A stretch of DNA of 43,614 bases, taken from positions 1-43,614 of IMG/VR virus record IMGVR_UViG_3300021082_000058; one strand, given 5' to 3'. The DNA is from a virus. Its lineage: Duplodnaviria; Caudoviricetes. A program made the position numbers and the translations under genes. The notes beneath the pieces were generated by a model that worked only from the letters and a program-made list of their open reading frames with translations, was not told where the DNA came from and made no database searches. Of this stretch, positions 34,831 through 43,614 are shown in pieces (position 1 is the first letter of the stretch; each line of letters opens with the position of its first letter).

Positions 34831-36486
34831 GTGGCAGTCCCAGTTTTTGTCCAGGCGAGTGCCGGTACTGCAATCCTCACGGGTACTGGCACCGTCTCCC
34901 TTACTGGATGTGTGGCTGGGAATCTCCTTGTTGCAGCGATCTTTGAGAGAGGCCTGAATGGTGACTTCTCAGGTCCGTCCTCTGTAACGAACATCAACAA
35001 TCTCGCTGGTTCCTCTGGGATTGATGGTGTAGCATCGAACAGGGGTGTTGGCTCAGGAGCAGGTGTCTCTCAAGGATTCATATATGCCGGAAGGGTCGCG
35101 GCAAACGGTACCTGCAGTTTCCAGTTGACGGTAGGTGCATCTGGTAATGATCTGTTCATTGTTCTCTATGAGATTTCAGGTGTAGCAACAGGTACGACTG
35201 CAGCTTCTGTCTTTGAGAATGCTGGCGGACAGTTTTCAGGTGAGGCGAACACGAATACGACGGTGGTCGATTGTGCGGTTGTAACAAACGCTGCTGACCG
35301 CCTTGCTCTGAACTTTGTCTGGATTGTGTCGAACCAGGCTATTGCTGCGTTTACTGGACAGTCAGGTGGTACGTGGTCAGAGGCAGTTGCTGAGTTCACG
35401 TCAGCGTCTGGTGCTACTGCGACGATGCAGTTGCAGAAGGCTGCGATGGCATCAGCAGGTACGATTGACGGTGGTACTGCTACCATTACTTCCGCTGCAT
35501 GGGGTTGTGTCGGTACTGCAATTATTGGTGCAGCTGGTGGACCTACTTCTGTTAATGTCTCTGACACAGGTACAGGTTCAGATACAGCATCTCTTCCTGG
35601 CACGACTCCTCTGTTCGTGCAGGCGAGTGCAGGTACAGCTCTTCTCACAGGAACTACTACTGTCTCTCTAGCAGGTTGTGGTGCTGGCAATTTGATCATT
35701 GCAGCGATTGTAGAGAGGGGAGTAAGTGGAGATTTTGTAGGACCTGCAAATCCAGTTAACATCAACCGTCTTGATGGTGTCGCAGGTCTTACAGGTGCTG
35801 CATCGAACAGAGGCATTGGCACGAACTCGCAAGGATTCATCTATGCAGGCCGTGCTGCAGCAGGTGGCACTGTTTCATTCGATATCACTGTGGGTGCTTC
35901 AGGGAACGATCTGTTCATTGTTCTCTACGAGTTCTCAGGTGTCGTTGCTGGTGCAACAGTTAACGATGTCTTCGAGAATGGAGGCGTGCAGTTTGCAGGT
36001 GATGCAGCTACGAATACAACAGTGCTTGATAATGCAGTGATAACGAATGGTTCTAATCGTCTTGCTCTCCAGTTTGTCTGGTTGGTTAGCAATCAAGCTG
36101 TAGGTTCGTTTACTGGGGAGTCAGGAGGTGATTGGACAGAGGCAGTTGCAGAGTTTGCATCGTCATCTGGTGCTACGGTCACGATGCAGTTGCAGAAAGC
36201 GCCTATGGCTGCTGCAGGTACCATTGATGGAGGATCTCTTACTGTCTCTTCTGTTGGATGGGGCACGCTTGGTACAGCACTGATTCCGTTGGCAACAGGT
36301 GGTGGATCACTGTTTACAGTGTCAGACAGTGGTTCAGGTTCAGATAACGCGAGTGTGGCAGGATCAGCAACACAGATTATTCGTCCAGATCAAGACCTTG
36401 CTACGTCAGGATGGGTTACAGCGCCTCTCTTCTCTAAGGTGAACGATTCTCTCGACGCGACCACAATCACTGCGACAGCAAGTTGA
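34831..36486 (+). CDS. fibre/adhesin-like protein with two tandem ~230-aa domains
   Basis: PVFVQASAGTA..GNDLFIVLYE..TMQLQKA occurs twice; DTG linkers. Confidence 0.75.
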   Translation: MAVPVFVQASAGTAILTGTGTVSLTGCVAGNLLVAAIFERGLNGDFSGPSSVTNINNLAGSSGIDGVASNRGVGSGAGVSQGFIYAGRVAANGTCSFQLTVGASGNDLFIVLYEISGVATGTTAASVFENAGGQFSGEANTNTTVVDCAVVTNAADRLALNFVWIVSNQAIAAFTGQSGGTWSEAVAEFTSASGATATMQLQKAAMASAGTIDGGTATITSAAWGCVGTAIIGAAGGPTSVNVSDTGTGSDTASLPGTTPLFVQASAGTALLTGTTTVSLAGCGAGNLIIAAIVERGVSGDFVGPANPVNINRLDGVAGLTGAASNRGIGTNSQGFIYAGRAAAGGTVSFDITVGASGNDLFIVLYEFSGVVAGATVNDVFENGGVQFAGDAATNTTVLDNAVITNGSNRLALQFVWLVSNQAVGSFTGESGGDWTEAVAEFASSSGATVTMQLQKAPMAAAGTIDGGSLTVSSVGWGTLGTALIPLATGGGSLFTVSDSGSGSDNASVAGSATQIIRPDQDLATSGWVTAPLFSKVNDSLDATTITATAS

Positions 36487-36490
36487 CCTC

Positions 36491-36853
36491 ATGCTTGATA
36501 AGAGAAAGTTACGGCGAATCAACTTGATTAGGATGCTTGTTAGGGCAGGGTGGAGTCCTCCACGACCTGATGATAGGATCCTGGAGGAAATCACTGACGA
36601 CATAGAGCGTCTGACAAAGAGGAAACAAGATCCGAACACACGCGATACGACAGCGACGAATGAGTTGTCTGATTCTCTTATACGTTGTCTCCTTCTCATC
36701 GCTGAGGGATACACAGATGCAGAAGCGGCGAAACTTCTCGGTATCGGGATGGAGACAGTGCATAGTCAAGCGAAAGATGTATCAAGGAAGCTTGGTGCGA
36801 AGAATCGACCTCATGCAGTAGCAATCGCTTTTCGTAAGGGGATTATTAACTGA
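36491..36853 (+). CDS. LuxR-type HTH regulator
   Basis: LS..CLLLIAEGYTDAEAAKLLGIGMETVHSQ..KLGAKNRPHAVAIAFRKGII. Confidence 0.88.
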   Translation: MLDKRKLRRINLIRMLVRAGWSPPRPDDRILEEITDDIERLTKRKQDPNTRDTTATNELSDSLIRCLLLIAEGYTDAEAAKLLGIGMETVHSQAKDVSRKLGAKNRPHAVAIAFRKGIIN

Positions 36854-37482
36854 TGAGTTGGGTCACACAAGCAACAGACAACTTTAACCGTGCGAATGAG
36901 ACTCCGCTTGGTAACGGTGTGTGGACAGTGCTTCCTTTCACTACCAGCCTGAGTATCACTAGCAACGTTGTCGTTCCTTCCAATCCGATTTCAGATTGTG
37001 GTGCACGATATACAGGTCGTGCTTGGGCAGACGATCAATCTTCTTCAGCAATTCTTACTGCTACTGCTGGGGGAGTAGGAGAAGGACCAGGTCTTTGCGT
37101 ACGATGTGCAAGTGGTGCTTTAACTTACTACAGATTCGTTATTAATACATCTGTAGGCAGTGCAGAATTTCGGCGTTTTATTGCAGGTGTCAGTGCACAG
37201 TTGGACACCTTTGCTACTGTGCTTACTAACGGAGATCGCTGGACGTTTAGAGCAACTGGACCTGCGAGTGCTGTAACTCTTGAAGCACTACAGAATGGTG
37301 TTAGTAGGCGGACATTTGTAGACAACTCATCGTTGCAGTCAGGTTCACCTGGTCTTGCCTATTCATCCAATAATACAGGATCTATAATGGATGATTGGGA
37401 GGGCGGAGAATTTGTTGCTGACACTATATTGAAGGTTAACTATTCTAGATTTCCTAAGCCCAGGCTCGCATATGCCGGATGA
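36853..37482 (+). CDS. lectin/concanavalin-A-like beta-sandwich virion protein
   Basis: DNFNRAN..LG..W start and SG.PGL..DDWEGG end. Confidence 0.6.
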   Translation: MSWVTQATDNFNRANETPLGNGVWTVLPFTTSLSITSNVVVPSNPISDCGARYTGRAWADDQSSSAILTATAGGVGEGPGLCVRCASGALTYYRFVINTSVGSAEFRRFIAGVSAQLDTFATVLTNGDRWTFRATGPASAVTLEALQNGVSRRTFVDNSSLQSGSPGLAYSSNNTGSIMDDWEGGEFVADTILKVNYSRFPKPRLAYAG

Positions 37483-37494
37483 AGGGAGAGAAAA

Positions 37495-38367
37495 GTGCTA
37501 GTCCTTGTAACTACCACTGACACACTCAGACTTGTTACGAGTGCTGTCTGTGATGTAGATGTAGTTGCATCACACATGGACTGCTCACAGGCATCTCCGC
37601 CTGTGATGGATCAACCAGAGACAACGGTTACGAACATCACGACTGCAACCACGACGACGATTGTGGCTGCTCCTGGAGGTACAAAGCGCCGTAATGTCAA
37701 GAGCATTAACATCCGTAATTCACACGCAACAAGCCCTGTTGATGTAACAGTTGTGTTGGAGCGCAGTGCTACTGTGTACGAGATGCACAAGACGACGTTG
37801 CTGCCTAACGATACTCTGGAATTTGTTGAGGGTGTTGGCTTCTTTAAGCTTGCAGCGACAGTTAGCAACCCGGCAGTGTATAACACCAGTGTCGCTGCAC
37901 AAACTCCTGCTACAGCAGATACATATATTCTTGGATCCAACATGACAATTGGTGGGCGTCTTAAGATATCGTCCGTGATGAAGTGGAACATCTCTCTATC
38001 GAAGACAGGTGCAGGCACAGCTACTACTATCTTCACTGTGCGATTTGGCACTGCAGGAGCAATTGCTGATACTGCTCGTTGCACCTTGACTGGTCCCGCA
38101 CAGTCAGCTGCTGTAGATAACGCTGACATTGAAATCTATGCAGTTGTTTGGACAGCAGGAGCGTCAGGGATCGTGCGCGCACAGTCATCTATTGCTCATT
38201 CGGCAGCTGTTGCTGCTGGGTTTGGTGAATTCTTTGTCGGAGTCACATCTGCAGCGTTCGACTTGACAGTTAGTGGACTGCAGGTTGGCCTTTCGTGTAC
38301 TCCTGGTACCTCAGGTGCTTGGACAATCAATGCACTCAAAGCTGAAGCCTTCAACCTAGCTGCTTAG
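37495..38367 (+). CDS. virion structural protein (fibre-like)
   Basis: T/A/V-rich beta composition; GGGAG RBS. Confidence 0.6.
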   Translation: MLVLVTTTDTLRLVTSAVCDVDVVASHMDCSQASPPVMDQPETTVTNITTATTTTIVAAPGGTKRRNVKSINIRNSHATSPVDVTVVLERSATVYEMHKTTLLPNDTLEFVEGVGFFKLAATVSNPAVYNTSVAAQTPATADTYILGSNMTIGGRLKISSVMKWNISLSKTGAGTATTIFTVRFGTAGAIADTARCTLTGPAQSAAVDNADIEIYAVVWTAGASGIVRAQSSIAHSAAVAAGFGEFFVGVTSAAFDLTVSGLQVGLSCTPGTSGAWTINALKAEAFNLAA

Positions 38368-38370
38368 AGT

Positions 38371-39654
38371 ATGTTCGACTGGTCCTGGTTCGATCCTGAA
38401 GACCACATCGAGGGGTGGTTCGATGCTGACTTCGTGGATACTGGAGTTGCATCAACCCCAGTAGCAGATACTGACACGGGTGCGGGTACAGATGCGTCTG
38501 CTCTTACAGCAGCGATACCTGTTACAGATACTGGAGTAGGAACAGATGCAGGTGTACGCGTTGCAACATACGCAGGTACAGACACAGGTGTAGGCGCTGA
38601 TACAGCAACCTACACATACCCACAAGTACTCACTGATACAGGTGTAGGTGCAGAAGCACAAGTACTTGTAACAGCAATATCTGATACAGATGCAGGTGCT
38701 GAGACTGACACGAGTACCCTGGTAGCAGTTGTTCCTGCTACAGATGTAGGTGCAGGTGCAGATACAGCTACTTACACGTTCCCACAAGCTGTCACGGATA
38801 CAGGTACAGGTATAGAAGCACAAACTGTCACTGTACCAAAAACAGATACAGATACAGGTGCAGGTGCAGACGTTTCTGCGCTTACAGCAGCAATTCCTGT
38901 TACAGACACAGGTGCAGAAACAGACGCAGGTAGCAGGGTCGCGCTATATACAGCGACAGATACAGGTGTAGGAACTGATGCACAAGCACTGACTGCAGTA
39001 CTCAGTGTCAGTGATACAGGTACAGGTGCTGACATAGCTGCTGTTTCCTCACCTGTTGTAGCGTCTGACACAGGTGCGGGTGCTGACGTAGTAGCACTCA
39101 CGAGTGCGTACGCTCTTGTTGAGACAGGCGCTCTGACGACGGAAACAGGAGTCCTTGTTGCATCCTACACTACCGTCGACTCGTCGCAGAGCGGGTCAGA
39201 CGCGCAGGCACTTGTCGCTGCAATACCTCAGACTGACGTTGGTGCAGGAACAGATGCAAGTTCTGTCAATGCGACGACACAGATTAATGTATCAGACACA
39301 GGCTCAGTTGCAGACACAGCTACACGTTCTGCTTCTGTCTCTGCTACTGATGTTGGTGTCGGAGCAGATACAACTCTCACTCTTGTGTCCCTTGTTGTGG
39401 TTGATGTATTTGCAGGAATTGATACGCCAACGATTCTTGCAGTGCTTACATCACAAGACACAGGTACAGTGATTGAAGTGCAGAGTGTTTCACTTGGTAC
39501 CCCATGGACAAAGCCAACAGGTACAATTGTCAAGAAGGGATCTCCAAGTGTGATTGTTAAAGATGAGACGCATCTGCCCACGGTATCGAATACTGAAGTC
39601 TCTCCTGCTACGTTGGCAACAAAGCGAATCACCTCTACGATCAGAAAGGCGTAA
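38371..39654 (+). CDS. repetitive fibre-like protein with D-T/V-G-x-G-x-D/E repeats
   Basis: About 18 repeats of ~19 aa (e.g. DTGAGTDASALTAAIPVT). Confidence 0.75.
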   Translation: MFDWSWFDPEDHIEGWFDADFVDTGVASTPVADTDTGAGTDASALTAAIPVTDTGVGTDAGVRVATYAGTDTGVGADTATYTYPQVLTDTGVGAEAQVLVTAISDTDAGAETDTSTLVAVVPATDVGAGADTATYTFPQAVTDTGTGIEAQTVTVPKTDTDTGAGADVSALTAAIPVTDTGAETDAGSRVALYTATDTGVGTDAQALTAVLSVSDTGTGADIAAVSSPVVASDTGAGADVVALTSAYALVETGALTTETGVLVASYTTVDSSQSGSDAQALVAAIPQTDVGAGTDASSVNATTQINVSDTGSVADTATRSASVSATDVGVGADTTLTLVSLVVVDVFAGIDTPTILAVLTSQDTGTVIEVQSVSLGTPWTKPTGTIVKKGSPSVIVKDETHLPTVSNTEVSPATLATKRITSTIRKA

Positions 39655-40010
39655 TGGCACTCATCACTTCAGATCACGAGATCATCATTGGCGAGGACAA
39701 CCTTCTCGACGTTGATTTGTCTACGGACCTTGATCCGGGAGATGAGGTTTGGTATACAGCAAAGTACAGTCGCAGTGATACAGATGCTTCTGCAGCAATC
39801 AAGAAAAAGAGGTCTACTGCAGGTATCGTGGATGTAGATACTGCGACAGGAAAGTGTCAGGTGAAGATCCTGCGTGCTGACACCTTGGCACTGACAGGTC
39901 GAGCACTGTTGTACGACGTGAAGGTAAAGAAGCAAGATCAGAGCAACGTACAGACAGTGGGAACAGGAGTAGCGTTCCTTTTGAACTCAGTCAACAAGGA
40001 CGCTGCTTGA
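39654..40010 (+). CDS. BppU-N-like adaptor (Ig-like) structural protein
   Basis: ATGKCQVKILRADT.AL..LYDVKV..TV.TG pattern. Confidence 0.6.
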   Translation: MALITSDHEIIIGEDNLLDVDLSTDLDPGDEVWYTAKYSRSDTDASAAIKKKRSTAGIVDVDTATGKCQVKILRADTLALTGRALLYDVKVKKQDQSNVQTVGTGVAFLLNSVNKDAA

Positions 40011-40034
40011 CGCAGGGAAAGGAGAGTGTGTACG

Positions 40035-40625
40035 ATGTATCATCGCTTCCTCTTCGCACCAGATGACCCAGGTGGTCAAGGTGGAGGAGACAATCCAGAT
40101 GGTACCGACGATGAAGGTACCGGAGGATCGCCCCCGGAGGGCACCGAGTCAGGCTCAGGTAGCACTGACGACAAGGACCTCGTTTCCAGATCTGAACTCG
40201 CACGAGCGAATCGTGACGCTGCAAAGTATCGCGCTCAAGCTCGTGAGGCACAGGATGCTCTCAAAGCGAGAGAAGATCAGGACAAGTCGGATCTTGAGAA
40301 AGAACGAGATCGGGCAACCAAGGCGGAGGAGAAGTTGGTCAAGATTGAAAAGGATGCCAGAGAACTACGTGTTCAAGTTCTCGCTGGCAAGGTAGGCATT
40401 GCACGTGAGGCTCGCGGCGATGCTGCACGCCTTCTTGACTGGGACGACATCTCCGATCCTGACGATGAGCGTCAAGTGGAAGTTGCGCTGCGTGACCTCG
40501 TTAAGGACAAGCCATACCTCCTTGGAAATGTCCCTGGCGGTGCTGATGGTGGCGCTGGCGGATCACGGGATACTGGGTCTCAAGACATGAACTCCCTCTT
40601 GCGTCAAGCTGCAGGTAGGGATTAA
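40035..40625 (+). CDS. capsid scaffolding protein
   Basis: Acidic Gly-rich N-terminus, coiled coil (AAKYRAQ), KPYL, precedes MCP; start may be GTG 40026. Confidence 0.85.
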   Translation: MYHRFLFAPDDPGGQGGGDNPDGTDDEGTGGSPPEGTESGSGSTDDKDLVSRSELARANRDAAKYRAQAREAQDALKAREDQDKSDLEKERDRATKAEEKLVKIEKDARELRVQVLAGKVGIAREARGDAARLLDWDDISDPDDERQVEVALRDLVKDKPYLLGNVPGGADGGAGGSRDTGSQDMNSLLRQAAGRD

Positions 40626-40646
40626 CCCGGAACAGAGAGGCCGTAG

Positions 40647-41585
40647 ATGGCTTACAATAACCTCATTGCCCGGTCGAATGTCACTGCCCTCATTCCTGAG
40701 GATGTGTCCAATGAGATCGTGCAGAACGTAGCCACTCAGTCGGCCGCGCTTCAGCTGTTTCGCCATGTGACGATGTCCACGAACCAGCAGCGCATGCCAG
40801 TTCTTGCTGCTCTTCCTTCGGCGTTCTTCGTCAACGGTGATACAGGCTTCAAGCAGACGACTGAGGTGGCGTGGGCGAACAAGTTCCTGTTCGCAGAAGA
40901 GATCGCTGCAATCGTTCCGATTCCAGAAGCGGTGTTGGACGATTCAGGGTTCGATGTGTGGGGAGAAATTCGTCCCCGCCTCGAGGAGGCTATCGCGCGT
41001 GTGCTCGATGCCGCCATCTTCTTCGGCACGAACAAGCCTGCATCTTGGCCCACAGATGTAGCAACTGCAGCTATTGCTGCAGGCAATACGTTCAACCGTG
41101 GTACCTCCACCGCTGCACTTGGTGGAATCGCAGAGGACCTCAACCAGCTCATGGGTCTTCTGGAAGCGGATGGTTACGACCCCAACGGGTTCGTTACGCG
41201 CACGACCTACAAGGCGCGTCTCCGCTCTGCCCGTGACACGACTGGTCAGAAGCTCCTCGATGTGAATACTAGCTCGATCGAGGGTTCGCCTCTGGTCTAC
41301 GCCATGCCTGGGATGTGGCCTTCTGGTGCAGGTTCCGCTGAAATGTTCGCAGGGGACTTCACTCAGGGCATCATCGCAATCCGAAAAGACATCACGTACA
41401 AGATTCTGGATCAGGCTGTTATCCAGGATGGAGGTACTGGTGTCATCCAGTACAACCTCGCGCAGCAGGACATGATCGCTCTGCGTGTTGTTGCTAGGTA
41501 CGGCTGGCAGGTCCCGAACCCCATCAACTACGAGCAGACGACGGAGGCCAATAGGTATCCGTTCGCAGTGCTCAGAGCTCCGTAG
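40647..41585 (+). CDS. major capsid protein (HK97 fold)
   Basis: LIPEDVSNEI, IAAIVPI, LDAAIFFG, GDF, NLAQQDMIALRV; strong codon bias. Confidence 0.93.
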   Translation: MAYNNLIARSNVTALIPEDVSNEIVQNVATQSAALQLFRHVTMSTNQQRMPVLAALPSAFFVNGDTGFKQTTEVAWANKFLFAEEIAAIVPIPEAVLDDSGFDVWGEIRPRLEEAIARVLDAAIFFGTNKPASWPTDVATAAIAAGNTFNRGTSTAALGGIAEDLNQLMGLLEADGYDPNGFVTRTTYKARLRSARDTTGQKLLDVNTSSIEGSPLVYAMPGMWPSGAGSAEMFAGDFTQGIIAIRKDITYKILDQAVIQDGGTGVIQYNLAQQDMIALRVVARYGWQVPNPINYEQTTEANRYPFAVLRAP

Positions 41586-41604
41586 GAAGGGGAGTGATCC
41601 TGAC

Positions 41605-41835
41605 ATGGCTGTAGTTAACATCGCAGTTTCCAATCCAACAGCTGCAAACGTCACTGTCAACGCGAAGGTGGCTCTTGCTCGCAAGACGACAGTGCTTTCA
41701 CTGGACGATGCAACCACAGAAGCAGAGCAGTTCCTGGCTGCCAAGTGTGCGCTCGTGTCTGTGTCAGCACAGGCAGATCTCAGTGCTCGCACAGAGGCTG
41801 CTCGTCGTCTCTACATGCAACAGCACGCCGGGTAG
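41605..41835 (+). CDS. small virion-associated protein
   Basis: GGGAG RBS after MCP. Confidence 0.6.
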   Translation: MAVVNIAVSNPTAANVTVNAKVALARKTTVLSLDDATTEAEQFLAAKCALVSVSAQADLSARTEAARRLYMQQHAG

Positions 41836-41838
41836 GTA

Positions 41839-42021
41839 GTGGCGCTCACAGTTGAAGAGCAGAAGGCGCTGGATCACCTCGCAGCAGAAAGACGCCGTGA
41901 GGAGTTCCAGCGCCGGATGCAAGCACTCCTACGACCCTCTGATCCGTCGATTGCTGCTCAGACGAAGAAAAACTGGGCTCCGTTGACGAGTAGAGGCAAG
42001 ATCAAAGGTCAGGTGAACTGA
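41839..42021 (+). CDS. hypothetical protein
   Basis: TGATG overlap with next gene. Confidence 0.55.
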   Translation: MALTVEEQKALDHLAAERRREEFQRRMQALLRPSDPSIAAQTKKNWAPLTSRGKIKGQVN

Positions 42022-42428
42022 TGGGCAAGGATACAGACCCGCGCGTTGCACGAGCGGATGCCATCGGTTTGAATGCTGAGGGGATCGACACCCGCGAAGA
42101 ATTCGGTCAGACTCAGCTTCAGGCAACGGCAGACAAGATCGAGGAACTCGGATTCATTCCGAGTGACGGTCGTGATCTTGGTCTGTCGGATGAAGAGAAC
42201 CTCGCTCTTCTTGATGCGCATGTGGCTGCTCACGATGCATCTGTGGCAGAACACACAGCGCCTCAGCCAGAAGGTGAAGCAGGAGAGGAAGATGAAGGTC
42301 TTGCTCACTCTGCATCACGTGAAGAGTGGAATGCGTACGCCGATTCTCTCGGTCTCAACTCTTCTGAGTACTCCAACAAGGAGGACTTGATCGAAGCTGT
42401 CGAGGCTTATAAGGCTGCGCAGGCATGA
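42021..42428 (+). CDS. acidic protein with C-terminal HeH/Rho-N-like motif
   Basis: SREEWNAYADSLGL..NKEDLIEAV. Confidence 0.65.
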   Translation: MGKDTDPRVARADAIGLNAEGIDTREEFGQTQLQATADKIEELGFIPSDGRDLGLSDEENLALLDAHVAAHDASVAEHTAPQPEGEAGEEDEGLAHSASREEWNAYADSLGLNSSEYSNKEDLIEAVEAYKAAQA

Positions 42429-42829
42429 ATGAAGCTTCTACCCGGGCCAGGCTCAGCATCTTCGCAGATCTGAACGCTGAGCCTGTCCTGGGGGAGGCTG
42501 AACTCCAAGTTGTCCTCGACATGTCGAAGCGCTTGGACATCAATGGAGTCCGTCCAGATAACTCAGGCTGGGAAGAGACGTACGACTCCAACTACGCAAT
42601 TGCTCAGTGCTGGTTGATTAAAGCGACAAAGCTCGCTCCACGCTACCTGTTCATGTCTGGTGGCAAGATGTTCTCTCGCAATCAGTTCTACGAGCATTGT
42701 ATGCAGTTGCATAGGAAGTTCCTAGCTAGGGCTAACCTCGGGGCACTCAGGCTCGCGTCTGAGGCAGGTACCCGCCTTGAGGATGTTCCGAACAACTGGA
42801 ACTCTCCATATGTCACTAACAGATATTGA
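42425..42829 (+). CDS. head-tail connector (adaptor)-like protein
   Basis: YD..YAIAQCWLIKA..SRNQFYEH; position after capsid. Confidence 0.65.
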   Translation: MNEASTRARLSIFADLNAEPVLGEAELQVVLDMSKRLDINGVRPDNSGWEETYDSNYAIAQCWLIKATKLAPRYLFMSGGKMFSRNQFYEHCMQLHRKFLARANLGALRLASEAGTRLEDVPNNWNSPYVTNRY

Positions 42830-43199
42830 ACTTGGTCTCCTCCGTCAGGAGGCTGAAGTTTGGCAAAGTGACGTATGCGACATCTACAGGATGACTGTCA
42901 CTGAAGATAACTACGGCGGTCATGGTGAAAGTGCAGAGGTTGTGATTGCCTCTGGAGTGTCTTGCTCAGTTGACCCAGGTGCCGCACATGCTCAGACAAT
43001 CACGATGCTAGGTCTGCAGAGGCCAGATACCTTGTTCATCATCTATCTTCCTGCAGATCAAGATGTGAAAGTTGGAGATCACATCATCGTGACCAGCAAG
43101 TCAAACATGCATGTCCGGGTACAGGCTCTGATGGCACCACAGACAGATGAAGTAGAGAGAATGGTCATCACTAGCAACCTAGCGGAGCACAACCCATGA
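42810..43199 (+). CDS. head closure (stopper, SPP1 gp16-like) protein
   Basis: CDIYR..DNYGG..YLPADQDVKVGDHI pattern. Confidence 0.7.
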   Translation: MSLTDIELGLLRQEAEVWQSDVCDIYRMTVTEDNYGGHGESAEVVIASGVSCSVDPGAAHAQTITMLGLQRPDTLFIIYLPADQDVKVGDHIIVTSKSNMHVRVQALMAPQTDEVERMVITSNLAEHNP

Positions 43200-43614
43200 G
43201 CAACATGACACTGAAACGACCTCTTTACGGCCCAGAAGATCCTCGTGGACCTGACGTTGGTCTCGATGTCTGGGTTTTTCAGCGTGCAGCGAAGAAGGTT
43301 CCTGGGATCAAGTTCGATAGAAAGCCAACACGCATATTCGATAGCGTGTTCGAGAGCATCATCGTTCAGATCCAAAAGAACAATGGGATCCTTGCCTCTG
43401 GTGCGATAGGCCAGCGCACTGCTGACTTTCTGTGGCAGTACACTGATCCGTATGGCAAGCTTACCTACAGGAACTGGAATGCACCACCGCCCAAGCCAAA
43501 ACCACCGCCTGTGTTGGAATTAGTTGAGCCTTACCAAGGGTGGGATTCTCTACACAAGTCGCTGTATGACGAGTACTCGATGGCGATTCATGTTGGCCTG
43601 AAAGACGGTCCTGG
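43196..43614 (+). CDS. partial endolysin-like protein with N-terminal peptidoglycan-binding domain
   Basis: Manual translation MSNMTLKRPLYG..GLDVWVFQRA..IVQIQKNNGILASGAIGQRTADFLW, then Pro-rich linker; ATGA overlap; runs off the window. Confidence 0.65.
   Translation, partial: MSNMTLKRPLYGPEDPRGPDVGLDVWVFQRAAKKVPGIKFDRKPTRIFDSVFESIIVQIQKNNGILASGAIGQRTADFLWQYTDPYGKLTYRNWNAPPPKPKPPPVLELVEPYQGWDSLHKSLYDEYSMAIHVGLKDGP

Noticed and set aside
35166-39632. Several antisense ORFs in the fibre module
   Set aside because: Mirror frames of Ala/Thr/Gly-rich genes that lack antisense stops
40944-41792. 282-aa antisense ORF
   Set aside because: Antisense shadow of the major capsid gene
1-43614. Prophage or integrative element
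   Set aside because: No integrase, repressor cassette, att-like junction or host genes in the window

Overview
This window is most or all of a ~44-kb lytic dsDNA phage genome (Caudoviricetes; an actinobacterial host is only inferred). No integrase, tRNA or CRISPR array was seen. Layout: (i) 1-730 (+), the end of a lysis/membrane module with a holin-like gene. (ii) 932-21525 (-), a replication and DNA-modification arm. It carries a family A DNA polymerase with a degenerate UDG-like N-terminus and a complete 7-deazaguanine cluster (DpdA-like transglycosylase, queC, folE, queE, queD, queF, plus a CxxxCxxCC metalloprotein and DUF3310, with a LAGLIDADG endonuclease inserted). It also carries SSB/Sak4-like/Cas4-like/RuvC-like recombination genes, GroES-like, 2OG-Fe(II) oxygenase, secreted lytic transglycosylase, SNF2-like helicase, DUF932 and a histone-like protein. 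(iii) 21797-28532 (+), primase-helicase, repeat arrays and a ~2.7-kb island of small genes that visibly avoids AG[A/C/T] trinucleotides. (iv) 28631-end (+), terminase, portal, an ~8-kb block of fibre/receptor-binding-like genes placed before scaffold and capsid, head connector and closure, then directly an endolysin-like gene. No tail tube or tape measure is recognisable. Best leads: the extended deazaguanine system with a possibly under-modified island, the apparent lack of a tail module, a family of long-stem structured intergenic RNAs, and a precisely reconstructable homing-endonuclease insertion. All family assignments are from motif recognition by eye; no database searches were run.
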